Positions 49,919-58,692 of a stretch of DNA of 64,000 nt are shown piece after piece. Numbering within the stretch: the stretch's first letter is position 1; every line of letters begins with the position of its first letter. The translations under genes were made by a program, and so were the position numbers. The notes beneath the pieces are model-generated. The model had not been told where the DNA came from, made no database searches, and saw only the letters and a program-made list of their open reading frames with translations. Origin of the DNA: Anaerolineae bacterium (GTDB lineage Bacteria; Chloroflexota; Anaerolineae; Aggregatilineales; Phototrophicaceae). The stretch lies in contig DAOTTV010000078.1 in assembly GCA_034437755.1 (NCBI GenBank), positions 1 through 64,000 on the forward strand. Direction: 5' to 3'.

Positions 49919-50560
49919 GTGACAGACGCAAACAGACATCAGGGACAAGCGGTTTCGACGGCAGGTATCGCACTAGAGGACGCAAAAGCCGCCGTGATTC
50001 TGGTACACGGGCGCGGCGGCGGCGTGGAGAGCATTCTCCCGCTCGCCAACCACATCCATGCTGAAGCGGTCGCGTATCTCGCACCCGCGGCAACGGGCAA
50101 GACATGGTATCCTAATCGCTTCATCGCGCCGCGCCAGAGCAACGAGCCGAACCTTAGCTCGGCATTGGTCGCCCTCAGCGATGTGATGCAACAGGTACAA
50201 TCCGCCGGTATTCCCGCCGAGAAAACCGCCATCATGGGCTTCTCGCAAGGGGCGTGCCTCGCGCTGGAATACGCGGCGCGCAACCCGCAACGCTACGGCG
50301 CGGTTGTTGCGCTCAGCGGCGGCTTGATCGGCGCGGAGGGTGAACTAGACGGCTATGAGGGGTCGCTTGCAGAGACGCCGGTGTTCATCGGGTGCAGTGA
50401 TACCGACTTTCACATTCCGGTCGCGCGCGTGCATGAGAGCGCAACGATCATGCGTGATCGCGGCGCGACAGTCGATAAGCGCATCTACCCCGGCATGGGA
50501 CACACCATCAATCAGGATGAAATCAACGCGGTGACCGCGCTGGTTCAGGCCTTGGTGTAG
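49919..50560 (+). CDS. Alpha/beta-hydrolase esterase (phospholipase/carboxylesterase family).
   Basis: VILVHGRGGG.., nucleophile elbow GFSQGA, and the catalytic Asp/His region (CSDTDFHIP..GMGHTI). GTG start 1 nt after the upstream stop. Confidence 0.75.
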   Translation: MTDANRHQGQAVSTAGIALEDAKAAVILVHGRGGGVESILPLANHIHAEAVAYLAPAATGKTWYPNRFIAPRQSNEPNLSSALVALSDVMQQVQSAGIPAEKTAIMGFSQGACLALEYAARNPQRYGAVVALSGGLIGAEGELDGYEGSLAETPVFIGCSDTDFHIPVARVHESATIMRDRGATVDKRIYPGMGHTINQDEINAVTALVQALV

Positions 50561-50632
50561 TGTAGATCATACGCGGGTATCGCCGTGATGCGATGCCCAT
50601 AACTTTGCACATAGCCCTCGAAAGTCAACACG

Positions 50633-51145
50633 ATGACCATTCTCCCCGATGTTCTGCAAGCAGACTTGACGCTCGTGTTTTGTGGGACAGCCGCAAGTGA
50701 TGTCTCGGCGCGGGAAGGTGCATATTACGCCAACCCGACGAATTACTTCTGGCGCACGCTGTACGATGTCGGTTTGATTCCTGTTCGCCTACCGGCGGCA
50801 CAGTTCCGGCAATTACCGCGCTACGGCATCGGCTTGACTGATCTGGTCAAGCACGCACAGGGCAACGACAGTGATCTGCGCGACGAAGATTACGACGTGG
50901 AACGTCTCCGGCAAAATATCGCCACTCACCGCCCGCAAATCTTGGCTTTCACCAGCAAGAAAGCGGCATCGGTCGTTCTCCAGCGCCCGACGGGCAAAAT
51001 TGACTATGGCTTGCAAGCCGCGACACTGGACAACACGAAACTCTGGGTGCTAACGTCGCCGTCTGGCTCAGCACGTCGCTACTGGGATATTGCTGTGTGG
51101 CAAGGCTTGGCGGATTATATCGCCGGCTTGGACAATCTGCCCTAG
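50633..51145 (+). CDS. mug: G/U mismatch-specific uracil-DNA glycosylase (UDG family 2, Mug/TDG-like).
   Basis: LVFCGTAASDVSA...ANPTNYFWRTL...LTDLVK motifs of the Mug family. Confidence 0.8.
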   Translation: MTILPDVLQADLTLVFCGTAASDVSAREGAYYANPTNYFWRTLYDVGLIPVRLPAAQFRQLPRYGIGLTDLVKHAQGNDSDLRDEDYDVERLRQNIATHRPQILAFTSKKAASVVLQRPTGKIDYGLQAATLDNTKLWVLTSPSGSARRYWDIAVWQGLADYIAGLDNLP

Positions 51146-51205
51146 TTGGGAACGATTGCGGTTAATGGCGTGTCTGCGTGTATATAGAGAGAACGCGAGT
51201 CACTC

Positions 51206-51368
51206 GCAACTACTCAGGTAGAGCCTTCTTGTGGGGTTTACCCCACGCCCCAGCAGGGGATGTCTCCCTTGCACCCCATTTTTGCCGAACGCTTCGTGTT
51301 TGGCGGGTACAGGTTCAAAGGACGATCGTCCTTTATGGGGTTCGGGGGCAACGCTCCTGAGTAGTTAC
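51206..51368. mobile_element. MITE-like element family 1, copy B (163 bp).
   Basis: TIRs GCAACTACTCAGG / CCTGAGTAGTTAC (12 of 13 match). Perfect 8-bp target-site duplication AGTCACTC (51198-51205 and 51369-51376). Homologous to 4796-4960. Confidence 0.6.
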
Positions 51369-51472
51369 AGTCACTCTATGTATGTGATGGCGGATTCTGT
51401 ACAATGGTTCGATGAATATCTAAGCGTGCGTTTTTTAGCCCATTCAACTGATCAACTAGTAAGCAAGCCATT

Positions 51473-52474
51473 TTGGACATCATGACACCACCGACTTATT
51501 CGATTGTCGCCCCTGTATACAACGAAGAAGGCAACCTACACGTATTTTATGAGCGTGTCGCTGAGACGATGAATCGCCTCGACGAAACATGGGAACTGAT
51601 TCTAGTCAATGACGGTAGCCGCGACGGATCATATGACATCATGCAAGACCTCGCCACCCGCGATGGCAAGGTACGCTATGTGAACTTCGCCCGCAATTTC
51701 GGTCACCAGACGGCTGTCACCGCCGGCATCGACTATGCGACGGGTGACGCGGTCATCCTCATCGACAGTGATTTACAAGACCCACCGGAAGTGATCGCCG
51801 ATTTGATCGAACAGTGGAAAGCGGGTTACGATGTCGTGTACGCTGTGCGCGCCGATCGACGGGGCGAAAGCTGGTTTAAGTTGGCGACAGCGAAGATGTT
51901 CTACCGCGTGCTATACCGCATTACGGATGTTGATATTCCGCTGGATACGGGCGACTTTCGGCTGATGGATCGGCAGGTAGCGGATGTTCTGCGCCAGATG
52001 CGCGAACACAATCGCTTCATACGCGGCATGACCAGCTGGGCGGGCTTCAAGCAGACGGGGGTCGAATACGTGCGCCACGCGCGCGAGTGGGGCGAGACCA
52101 AATATCCCCTGCGTAAAATGCTCAACTTCGCGTTAGATGCCGTGACGAGCTTCTCGTTCTTCCCCTTGCAAATCATGGCGTATGCCAGTTCATTTCTGGC
52201 GATGGTCGCGATTTTAGTCGCCATCGTGATTTCAGCCTTGCGACTATCATTCGGTGAGGAATTCTTCGGCGGGCAGGCGACGACGATCGTTCTGTTGTTG
52301 CTGTTGAGTTCATTCCAGCTCTTCTTCTTATTTTTGATGGGGCAGTACATCGCCCGCATCTACGACGAGACACGCGGTCGCCCCTTATACGTGGTGGCGA
52401 AAACCGGCGGCTTCGACCAAACGCAAGCATCTCCCCCACCTCATGAAGACGTTGAGAAGGAGTCGAATATCTGA
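51473..52474 (+). CDS. GT2 glycosyltransferase (polyprenyl-phosphate sugar synthase, DPM1/GtrB-like).
   Basis: SIVAPVYNEE, DGSRDGS, the DxD (DSDLQD) motif and two C-terminal TM helices. Confidence 0.85.
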   Translation: MDIMTPPTYSIVAPVYNEEGNLHVFYERVAETMNRLDETWELILVNDGSRDGSYDIMQDLATRDGKVRYVNFARNFGHQTAVTAGIDYATGDAVILIDSDLQDPPEVIADLIEQWKAGYDVVYAVRADRRGESWFKLATAKMFYRVLYRITDVDIPLDTGDFRLMDRQVADVLRQMREHNRFIRGMTSWAGFKQTGVEYVRHAREWGETKYPLRKMLNFALDAVTSFSFFPLQIMAYASSFLAMVAILVAIVISALRLSFGEEFFGGQATTIVLLLLLSSFQLFFLFLMGQYIARIYDETRGRPLYVVAKTGGFDQTQASPPPHEDVEKESNI

Positions 52475-52704
52475 TGACTGAGGACGACATGCGCCAACAG
52501 GTGAGCGCGTACAACGAATTGGTCAAGCAGTATCACGCGCTCGATGAAGAGATCGACACCCTGCTGAGCAGTTACGGCGGCTATACTGAGAATATGACCG
52601 ACAGCGCCATGCAGACCTATCGCGCGCTGGCACGCAAGCGGGATGACGTTTTCAACCAGATGCGGACGATGGAACGCATCCTATTTGCAGACGGTAACGA
52701 ATAG
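52474..52704 (+). CDS. Small hypothetical protein (76 aa).
   Basis: ATGA overlap with the GT2 stop suggests translational coupling; no recognisable motif. Confidence 0.35.
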   Translation: MTEDDMRQQVSAYNELVKQYHALDEEIDTLLSSYGGYTENMTDSAMQTYRALARKRDDVFNQMRTMERILFADGNE

Positions 52705-52779
52705 CGTTATATTGTGATGGGAGCTAGCAATCAGCTTGCTAACCCATCAATCCGTTCGTTATTGAGTTGAGTCGCTCTT

Positions 52780-53472
52780 ATGTATCCTGACGACCGTGTG
52801 CTTGTGGGTATCATCAACCGCAAGCGTGATCTTGATTACTTCCTCAAAGCACAGTGGTATCGCGTGCCACAACACCGCTTTCCACAGGGGATATTCACGG
52901 AATATGTTGCCATTTATCTGAGCGGTTATCCGGCGCGTAAACGGGGGCAAGGGGGCATCTGTTATTATGCGTCGCTAGCCGGTGTCGAGCTTGCATATCG
53001 TCGCGATCTCTTGCCGGAAGAAGCCGCACACCCGCGTGCCGATGACACCTACTATCAATTACAGGTGCGCGACATCGAAGGGCGCACGCCGCCGATCACG
53101 AACCCGACTAAACGCCCGATCAGCTTTATCTTCACGACGTGGGATCGCTTCACACAGGCGCAGACTATCGCGGATTTATACAGCACGGCGGATTACTTCG
53201 TCGATCGCATCTATCATGCCCTGCGGGATCGTCGGATTCGATCACAACGTTACTGGGATGCCCAACGCAAAGAGACCGGTTATGGCGCAGGATTTCGCAT
53301 CGTGTGCGAGCGTGGCGTGCTGAACGCGCACATCGGTGCGAGTAGCGATGATGACACAATTTTCAATCTCGATTTGGCGCACGACGAAGACGACATTCTG
53401 CGCGAGATCGAAACGCGCATCGCTAGCATGGGCGGTGTCGTGACTTTGCCCGTGCCCCCCAACGAGAGCTAG
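52780..53472 (+). CDS. Hypothetical protein (230 aa).
   Basis: Intact ORF with typical codon usage and no recognisable domain. Confidence 0.45.
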   Translation: MYPDDRVLVGIINRKRDLDYFLKAQWYRVPQHRFPQGIFTEYVAIYLSGYPARKRGQGGICYYASLAGVELAYRRDLLPEEAAHPRADDTYYQLQVRDIEGRTPPITNPTKRPISFIFTTWDRFTQAQTIADLYSTADYFVDRIYHALRDRRIRSQRYWDAQRKETGYGAGFRIVCERGVLNAHIGASSDDDTIFNLDLAHDEDDILREIETRIASMGGVVTLPVPPNES

Positions 53473-53536
53473 ATTAGCGGATATTCATCATCGGACAATA
53501 TGCGTCCGGTGCTGAATGCGCTATGATTGAGTTTAT

Positions 53537-53720
53537 GGGTCTTTCGTATTTTGCGTGGTCACGCTCTTTTTGTTCCCTTTTTGAAAAAAGGGAACGCCAA
53601 AAACTTTTGCTTTTTGAACGCTGTTCGTTCAAAATGAACAAGGTCAAGGAACTATCTTTCCTTATGGGAGTGCGGGGGCAAAGCCCCTGCCACAAAAACC
53701 ACGCGACATTCCAAAGAGCC
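53537..53720. mobile_element. MITE-like element family 2, copy 2 (184 bp), 41 bp upstream of the F420 gene cluster.
   Basis: TIRs GGGTCTTTCG...CCAAAGAGCC. Perfect 8-bp target-site duplication GAGTTTAT (53529-53536 and 53721-53728). Carries 46 bp not present in copy 1. Confidence 0.5.
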
Positions 53721-53761
53721 GAGTTTATTATTCAGAGTATGAGATGAGAAAGTGATAGATT

Positions 53762-54439
53762 GTGACGGAACAAGACGCACCGCTTATCAAATCCATTGCT
53801 GTACTCGGTGGTACAGGCAAAGAGGGATCAGCATTGGCGAAACGCTGGGCATTGCACGGTTACCGCGTAGTCATCGGCTCGCGTAATTTAGACAAAGCTC
53901 AACGGGCTGTCGAAGAGATGAACGCCGAGCTAGAAAGCGATTATCTCGTCGGCATGACTAACGAGGATGCCGCGCGCACAGCAGGCCTAGTCGTACTCAG
54001 CGTGCCCTATAGCGCCCATCGCGCCACGCTGGAGAGCGTCAAAGATCATCTCACGGGGAAAATATTGGTCGATGTCACTGTACCAATTATCCCACCGGAT
54101 GTCAGCACGGTGACGATCCCGGAGGGATCATCGGCGGCACAAGAAGCGCAAGCCTTGCTCGGTGATGATGTGCGGGTCGTCTCGGCATTCCAAAACGTGA
54201 GTTACGTCAAGCTGAAGCAGTTAGGCGCGCGCGTCGATTGTGATGTGCTGATTACAGGGGATGATGCCGACGCAAAAGAAGACGTGATCGAACTCGTCAA
54301 AGCGGCGGGTATGCGCGGTATCGACATCGGGCCATTAGCGAATGCTGTCGTTGCCGAAGCCCTGACACCAGCATTGCTCTACATCAACAAGAAGTATAAG
54401 GTTAAGGGTGCGGGGATTCGCATCACAGGGATTGAATGA
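53762..54439 (+). CDS. npdG: F420-dependent NADP(H) oxidoreductase (NpdG/Fno family).
   Basis: Rossmann fold IAVLGGTGKEGSALAKRWALHGYRVVIGSR and NpdG-like length of 225 aa. GTG start. Confidence 0.8.
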   Translation: MTEQDAPLIKSIAVLGGTGKEGSALAKRWALHGYRVVIGSRNLDKAQRAVEEMNAELESDYLVGMTNEDAARTAGLVVLSVPYSAHRATLESVKDHLTGKILVDVTVPIIPPDVSTVTIPEGSSAAQEAQALLGDDVRVVSAFQNVSYVKLKQLGARVDCDVLITGDDADAKEDVIELVKAAGMRGIDIGPLANAVVAEALTPALLYINKKYKVKGAGIRITGIE

Positions 54440-54440
54440 C

Positions 54441-55202
54441 GTGTATCCTTCGTTCAAGGCGATTGCCCTCCCCAACATTCCCATGATCCAGCGCGATGAT
54501 GATCTGCCACAGATCATCTTAACCGCAGTCGCAGACGCAGGATATGCTCTGCGGACAGATGACGTGCTAGTGATCTCGTCGAAAATCGTCAGCAAGGCTG
54601 AAGGACGCTGGGTACGGCTAGCGGATGTCGTCGCATCCGATGAGGCACAGGCATTAGCCCAACAGACGAAGAAAGACCCGCGCTTGGTCGAGCTGATCCT
54701 ACGCGAGAGCAATAGTATCTCGCGGCAACGGGTGGGCGTTGTGGTGACCGAGCATCGTCTCGGTTTCGTCTCGGCAAATTCAGGCATCGATCAATCGAAC
54801 GTCGATGACACGGGTGAGAATATCTTACTCTTACCACACGACCCCGATCAGACGGCACGCCACATCCGCACCGCGCTCCACACCGCGACTGATCAGCAGT
54901 GTGCGATCGTCATCAGCGACACACACGGACGACCGTTTCGATTAGGCAATATCGGCGTGGCGATCGGCGTGGCTGGTATGCAAGCCCTATGGGATCGGCG
55001 TGGCGAGCGCGATTTGTTCGGGCGCGAGATGGTCGCTACTGTACAGGGGTATGCGGATTTAGTCGCATCGACTGCCCATTTGATCTGTGGCGAAGGTGCA
55101 GAGGGCTATCCGGTGGTTTTGATACGCGGTCTGGATTTCCCGCAGGGGGATGGACGCGCCGCCGATCTCAACCGGTCGCCCGATGAAGACCTGTATCGCT
55201 GA
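54441..55202 (+). CDS. cofE: Coenzyme F420-0:L-glutamate ligase (CofE).
   Basis: CofE motifs (VLVISSKIVSKAEGR, GFVSANSGIDQSN, IVISDTHGRPFRLGNIGVAIG). GTG 2 nt after the npdG stop is chosen as start; the track ORF extends upstream to 54408 and overlaps npdG. Confidence 0.8.
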   Translation: MYPSFKAIALPNIPMIQRDDDLPQIILTAVADAGYALRTDDVLVISSKIVSKAEGRWVRLADVVASDEAQALAQQTKKDPRLVELILRESNSISRQRVGVVVTEHRLGFVSANSGIDQSNVDDTGENILLLPHDPDQTARHIRTALHTATDQQCAIVISDTHGRPFRLGNIGVAIGVAGMQALWDRRGERDLFGREMVATVQGYADLVASTAHLICGEGAEGYPVVLIRGLDFPQGDGRAADLNRSPDEDLYR

Positions 55203-55305
55203 GCAATACTAACAGAAATCCTATATCTCTGTGATATTATGTTTATGAGAATTATGGCAAGTATTATCTGACAATAAGCAATCGTTACAGATTAACAAAT
55301 TATTC

Positions 55306-55914
55306 ATGAATCAACGTCCCGTTTTATCGAGCATTTACACCCGTCGTTCTCTGCGGCGATATCAACAAGATCGACCTGTAGAGCGCGAGATCATCGAAGC
55401 CATTTTGACTGCGGGAACGTGGTCACCATCGGCGCACAATCGGCAACCGTGGCGCTTTGCTGTGTTACAAGCAGTCGCTAGCAAGCAAAAACTCGCGCGA
55501 GCAATGGGCGCACGCTTGCGTCATGACTTAGAAGCGGATGCTGTGCCGGAAGAAGTCATCGCGAAGGACGTGAATCGTTCTTACGATCGCCTGACATCCG
55601 CGCCGATCTTGGTTGTGCTGTGTCTGTCGATGGTCGATATGGATACTTACAGCGACGATACGCGCAATCACAACGAGTACATCATGGCTATTCAAAGCAC
55701 GGCGATGGCTGGTCAAAATATATTGCTGGCGGCACACGCGCACAAATTAGGGGCATGTTGGATGTGTGCGCCGCTCTTCTGTCCGGATGTCGTGCGCGAC
55801 GTGCTCGACCTGCCCGACGATTGGCAAGCACAGGGTATCATCACCATGGGCTATCCGGCACAAGAGCGCGATAGAACACGCGAACCATTAGAAACGAGGG
55901 TGCTTTGGCGTTAA
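55306..55914 (+). CDS. Nitroreductase-family flavoprotein, a stand-alone homolog of the FbiB C-terminal domain (candidate dehydro-F420-0 reductase).
   Basis: RRSLRRY...SPSAHNRQPWRF nitroreductase signature; the gene sits between cofE and cofD. Confidence 0.7.
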   Translation: MNQRPVLSSIYTRRSLRRYQQDRPVEREIIEAILTAGTWSPSAHNRQPWRFAVLQAVASKQKLARAMGARLRHDLEADAVPEEVIAKDVNRSYDRLTSAPILVVLCLSMVDMDTYSDDTRNHNEYIMAIQSTAMAGQNILLAAHAHKLGACWMCAPLFCPDVVRDVLDLPDDWQAQGIITMGYPAQERDRTREPLETRVLWR

Positions 55915-56855
55915 GAGATCAAAATGTTGTCGTCCTCGTGGGCGGGGTTGGTGGCGCGAAGCTGGCGCTGGGTTTACAGATGATTGTACCGCCCGAAAAT
56001 TTGACGATCATCGTCAACACTGGCGATGACTTCTGGCATTATGGCTTACGCATCTGCCCGGATGTGGATACAGTTCTGTATACCCTATCGGGGCGGGTGA
56101 ACCAAACATTTGGCTGGGGCGTGGCAGGCGACACAACAACAACGCTCGACACATTGCGCGCTTTCGGTGAGGATACGTGGTTCAAATTAGGCGATAAAGA
56201 CATCGCGACGCATCTCTTACGGACGCACATGCTCCGACAGGGCGAACGCCTGACGAACATCATCGCCCATCTGGCAGATGCGATGGACATCGCGCCGACA
56301 GTGTTGCCGATGACCGACATCGAAGTGGCAACGATTGTCGATACCGAAGAATACGGCGAATTGGAATTCCAGACCTATTTCGTAAGGCATCGCTGGCAAC
56401 CGACTGTCAAAGGTATTAGATACGACGGAAGCGAGACCGCGATTATGACGGATGAGGTGCAGGCGGCTTTGCAAAATGCCGACATGATTCTTCTCGGCCC
56501 ATCGAACCCGTGGCTGTCGATTGCACCGATTTTATCGATACCGGACATGCGCGCTACCCTAACCGCGCGGTCGATTCCACGGGTGGCAGTCACGCCGATT
56601 GTGGATGGTGATGCGATCAAAGGGCCGGCGGCAAAACTGATGCGTGAACTCGGTTACGAGGTATCAGCGACCGCTGTCGCGCAATACTATGGCGATGTCC
56701 TGACGGGCTTCGTCTACGATCAACGCGATACCAAGTTTCAATCTCATGGTTTGGATAGCGTTGGGTTTGATACAATAATGACAACAGATGAGGATAAATC
56801 GGCACTTGCCCGCAATATCCTCAATTGGATACTAACGAAGAGGGAGGCTATATGA
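55905..56855 (+). CDS. cofD: 2-phospho-L-lactate (or enolpyruvyl) transferase CofD/FbiA.
   Basis: VVLVGGVGGAKLALGL..IVNTGDD..GPSNPWLSI motifs. Confidence 0.85.
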   Translation: MALRDQNVVVLVGGVGGAKLALGLQMIVPPENLTIIVNTGDDFWHYGLRICPDVDTVLYTLSGRVNQTFGWGVAGDTTTTLDTLRAFGEDTWFKLGDKDIATHLLRTHMLRQGERLTNIIAHLADAMDIAPTVLPMTDIEVATIVDTEEYGELEFQTYFVRHRWQPTVKGIRYDGSETAIMTDEVQAALQNADMILLGPSNPWLSIAPILSIPDMRATLTARSIPRVAVTPIVDGDAIKGPAAKLMRELGYEVSATAVAQYYGDVLTGFVYDQRDTKFQSHGLDSVGFDTIMTTDEDKSALARNILNWILTKREAI

Positions 56856-57499
56856 GCTTATGGGTGATTTTACCAGTTAAACCGCTCAATCGTGCTAAAA
56901 GTCGTCTGGCAGATATTCTGTCACCAGAACAGCGGTATGATTTTGCACTGGCGATGTTCCAGAACATTTTGCGTATCACACAGCAAGCCTCGCAGATTAC
57001 CGGAACCTTGGTCATCAGTCGTGATACAAAAGTACTCGCTTTAGCGCGTGAAGCAGGCGCGAAAACCGTCCAGGAAAGCAACCGAAGTGATCTCAACCCG
57101 GCGTTGACCCGTGCGACAGAAGTGGTCAAGGCGTGGGGTGGGGATGCTGTACTTATACTACCAGCTGATTTGCCCTTTATAACAACAGACGATATTGAAA
57201 ATATTATTGAGATGGGAACTGAGACCCCGTCAGTTGTCTTGGCAACGGATCGCGTTCAGGATGGGACAAACGCGCTCCTTGTGCGTCCGGCGGGGTTGAT
57301 CGACTATAACTATGGCGAAGGTAGTTTCACCCGTCACTTACAAGCCGCCCAGCGTGCCGGAGCCAATGTGCAATACTATATGTCCGATAGCGTGACACTC
57401 GACATCGACACCCCTGCTGATCTGAAATTGTACAATCGCTGGCTCAAGCTGGAGCAACACCTTCTGCCGCCATTTTTACCAGATAATTTAACAGCATAA
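56852..57499 (+). CDS. cofC: CofC/FbiD guanylyltransferase.
   Basis: MSLWVILPVKPLNRAKSRL..; MobA-like NTP-transferase fold. ATGA overlap with the cofD stop. Confidence 0.8.
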   Translation: MSLWVILPVKPLNRAKSRLADILSPEQRYDFALAMFQNILRITQQASQITGTLVISRDTKVLALAREAGAKTVQESNRSDLNPALTRATEVVKAWGGDAVLILPADLPFITTDDIENIIEMGTETPSVVLATDRVQDGTNALLVRPAGLIDYNYGEGSFTRHLQAAQRAGANVQYYMSDSVTLDIDTPADLKLYNRWLKLEQHLLPPFLPDNLTA

Positions 57500-57529
57500 C
57501 GCTGATAGCCATAGCACATAAACACAAGA

Positions 57530-57562
57530 ACGGGGACACCTTATCTGTCCCCGTTTTGATTT
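57530..57562 (+). terminator. Intrinsic terminator after cofC.
   Basis: Perfect 9-bp stem ACGGGGACA/TGTCCCCGT with loop CCTTATC, then TTTGATTT. Confidence 0.5.
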
Positions 57563-57581
57563 GGGGAGAGCAGATAAGATC

Positions 57582-58589
57582 ATGTCCGATCGAGTAGGCT
57601 TATACTTGCAGGATGACTTCACGCTGGCGGATTCGATTGATTTCGTCAAGTATGCAGAGGCGCGCGGTTTCGAGAGCGTCTGGCAATCCGAGACGCGCCT
57701 CGTGCGCGATTGCATCGTGCCGATGGCGGCTTATGCGACCGTTACCTCGCGCATTCGCATTGGTGCCGGCGTGATGAATATCTGGACGCGCAACGTGGCG
57801 ACGATGGCAGCGGAACTAGTGACGCTCGATGACATCGCGCGTGATCGTATCATCTGCGGGCTAGGCACGTGGTACGACCCGCTCGCGGCGCAGGTCGGCG
57901 TGACGCGGCGCAAGCACCTGTTCGCCATGCGCGAAGTGTTGACAACCCTCAAACGTCTCATGCAGTTCGAGCGCGTGACGTATCGTGGCGAGTTCGTCCA
58001 TCTCGATGACGTGCATCTCGACATCGTGACCGGACGGCGACAAGCGCGCCGCATCCCGTTTTATATCGGCGCGACCGGCGCAAAGACGCTGGCACTCGCG
58101 GGGGAAATCGCCGATGGCGTGCTGTTGAATTATCTCGTATCGCCCCATTACAACGAGATGGCGATCGCCCAGATCGAAATCGGCGCGAAGCAAGCCGACC
58201 GCCTCTTACATCACATCGACCGCCCGCAATTGATCGTCTGCTCTGTCAGTGTTAATCGTGATGATGCGCTGAACACCGCCCGTCGTCTCGTGGCACAGTA
58301 CATCGTGCAACAACCCCAGCTGATGCGCGCCAACGGCATGCCGCAGGGCTTGATTGACGAACTGGCGCAAGTTTTACCGCCGACAGCCTCATTAGAACGC
58401 ATCGAACAGGCGATGACGCTAGTGCCTGATGATGTCGTACAGATGGTCACAGCGTCCGGCACGCCCGATGAAGTCAAAGCTAAAGTGCGCCAGTATGTCG
58501 CTTCTGGCACGACGATGCCGGTGCTATATCCGCTCGGGCGTGATGTGCGTTTGCTGATTGATACGTTCGCAAATGGCTATTCAAGCTGA
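57582..58589 (+). CDS. Luciferase-like monooxygenase (LLM) class F420-dependent oxidoreductase.
   Basis: TIM-barrel LLM motifs (FESVWQSET, IGAGVMNIW). Start at MSDRVG with a GGGGAGAG RBS. Confidence 0.8.
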   Translation: MSDRVGLYLQDDFTLADSIDFVKYAEARGFESVWQSETRLVRDCIVPMAAYATVTSRIRIGAGVMNIWTRNVATMAAELVTLDDIARDRIICGLGTWYDPLAAQVGVTRRKHLFAMREVLTTLKRLMQFERVTYRGEFVHLDDVHLDIVTGRRQARRIPFYIGATGAKTLALAGEIADGVLLNYLVSPHYNEMAIAQIEIGAKQADRLLHHIDRPQLIVCSVSVNRDDALNTARRLVAQYIVQQPQLMRANGMPQGLIDELAQVLPPTASLERIEQAMTLVPDDVVQMVTASGTPDEVKAKVRQYVASGTTMPVLYPLGRDVRLLIDTFANGYSS

Positions 58590-58616
58590 TTGATACGTTC
58601 GCAAATGGCTATTCAA
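58553..58616. repeat. Perfect 32-bp tandem duplication (two copies) spanning the stop codon of the LLM gene.
   Basis: GCTGATTGATACGTTCGCAAATGGCTATTCAA repeated head-to-tail at 58553-58584 and 58585-58616. Confidence 0.7.
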
Positions 58617-58692
58617 AATGAACGAGGGGCTTGATATAGTCAGCACATGCAGTTTTATGAGATAACACGCATATTATCAGCGACGAGGCACG

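Noticed and set aside
58553-58616. Possible CRISPR-like or tandem repeat array.
   Set aside because: Only two contiguous identical 32-bp units with no spacers. It is a simple tandem duplication, not a CRISPR array.
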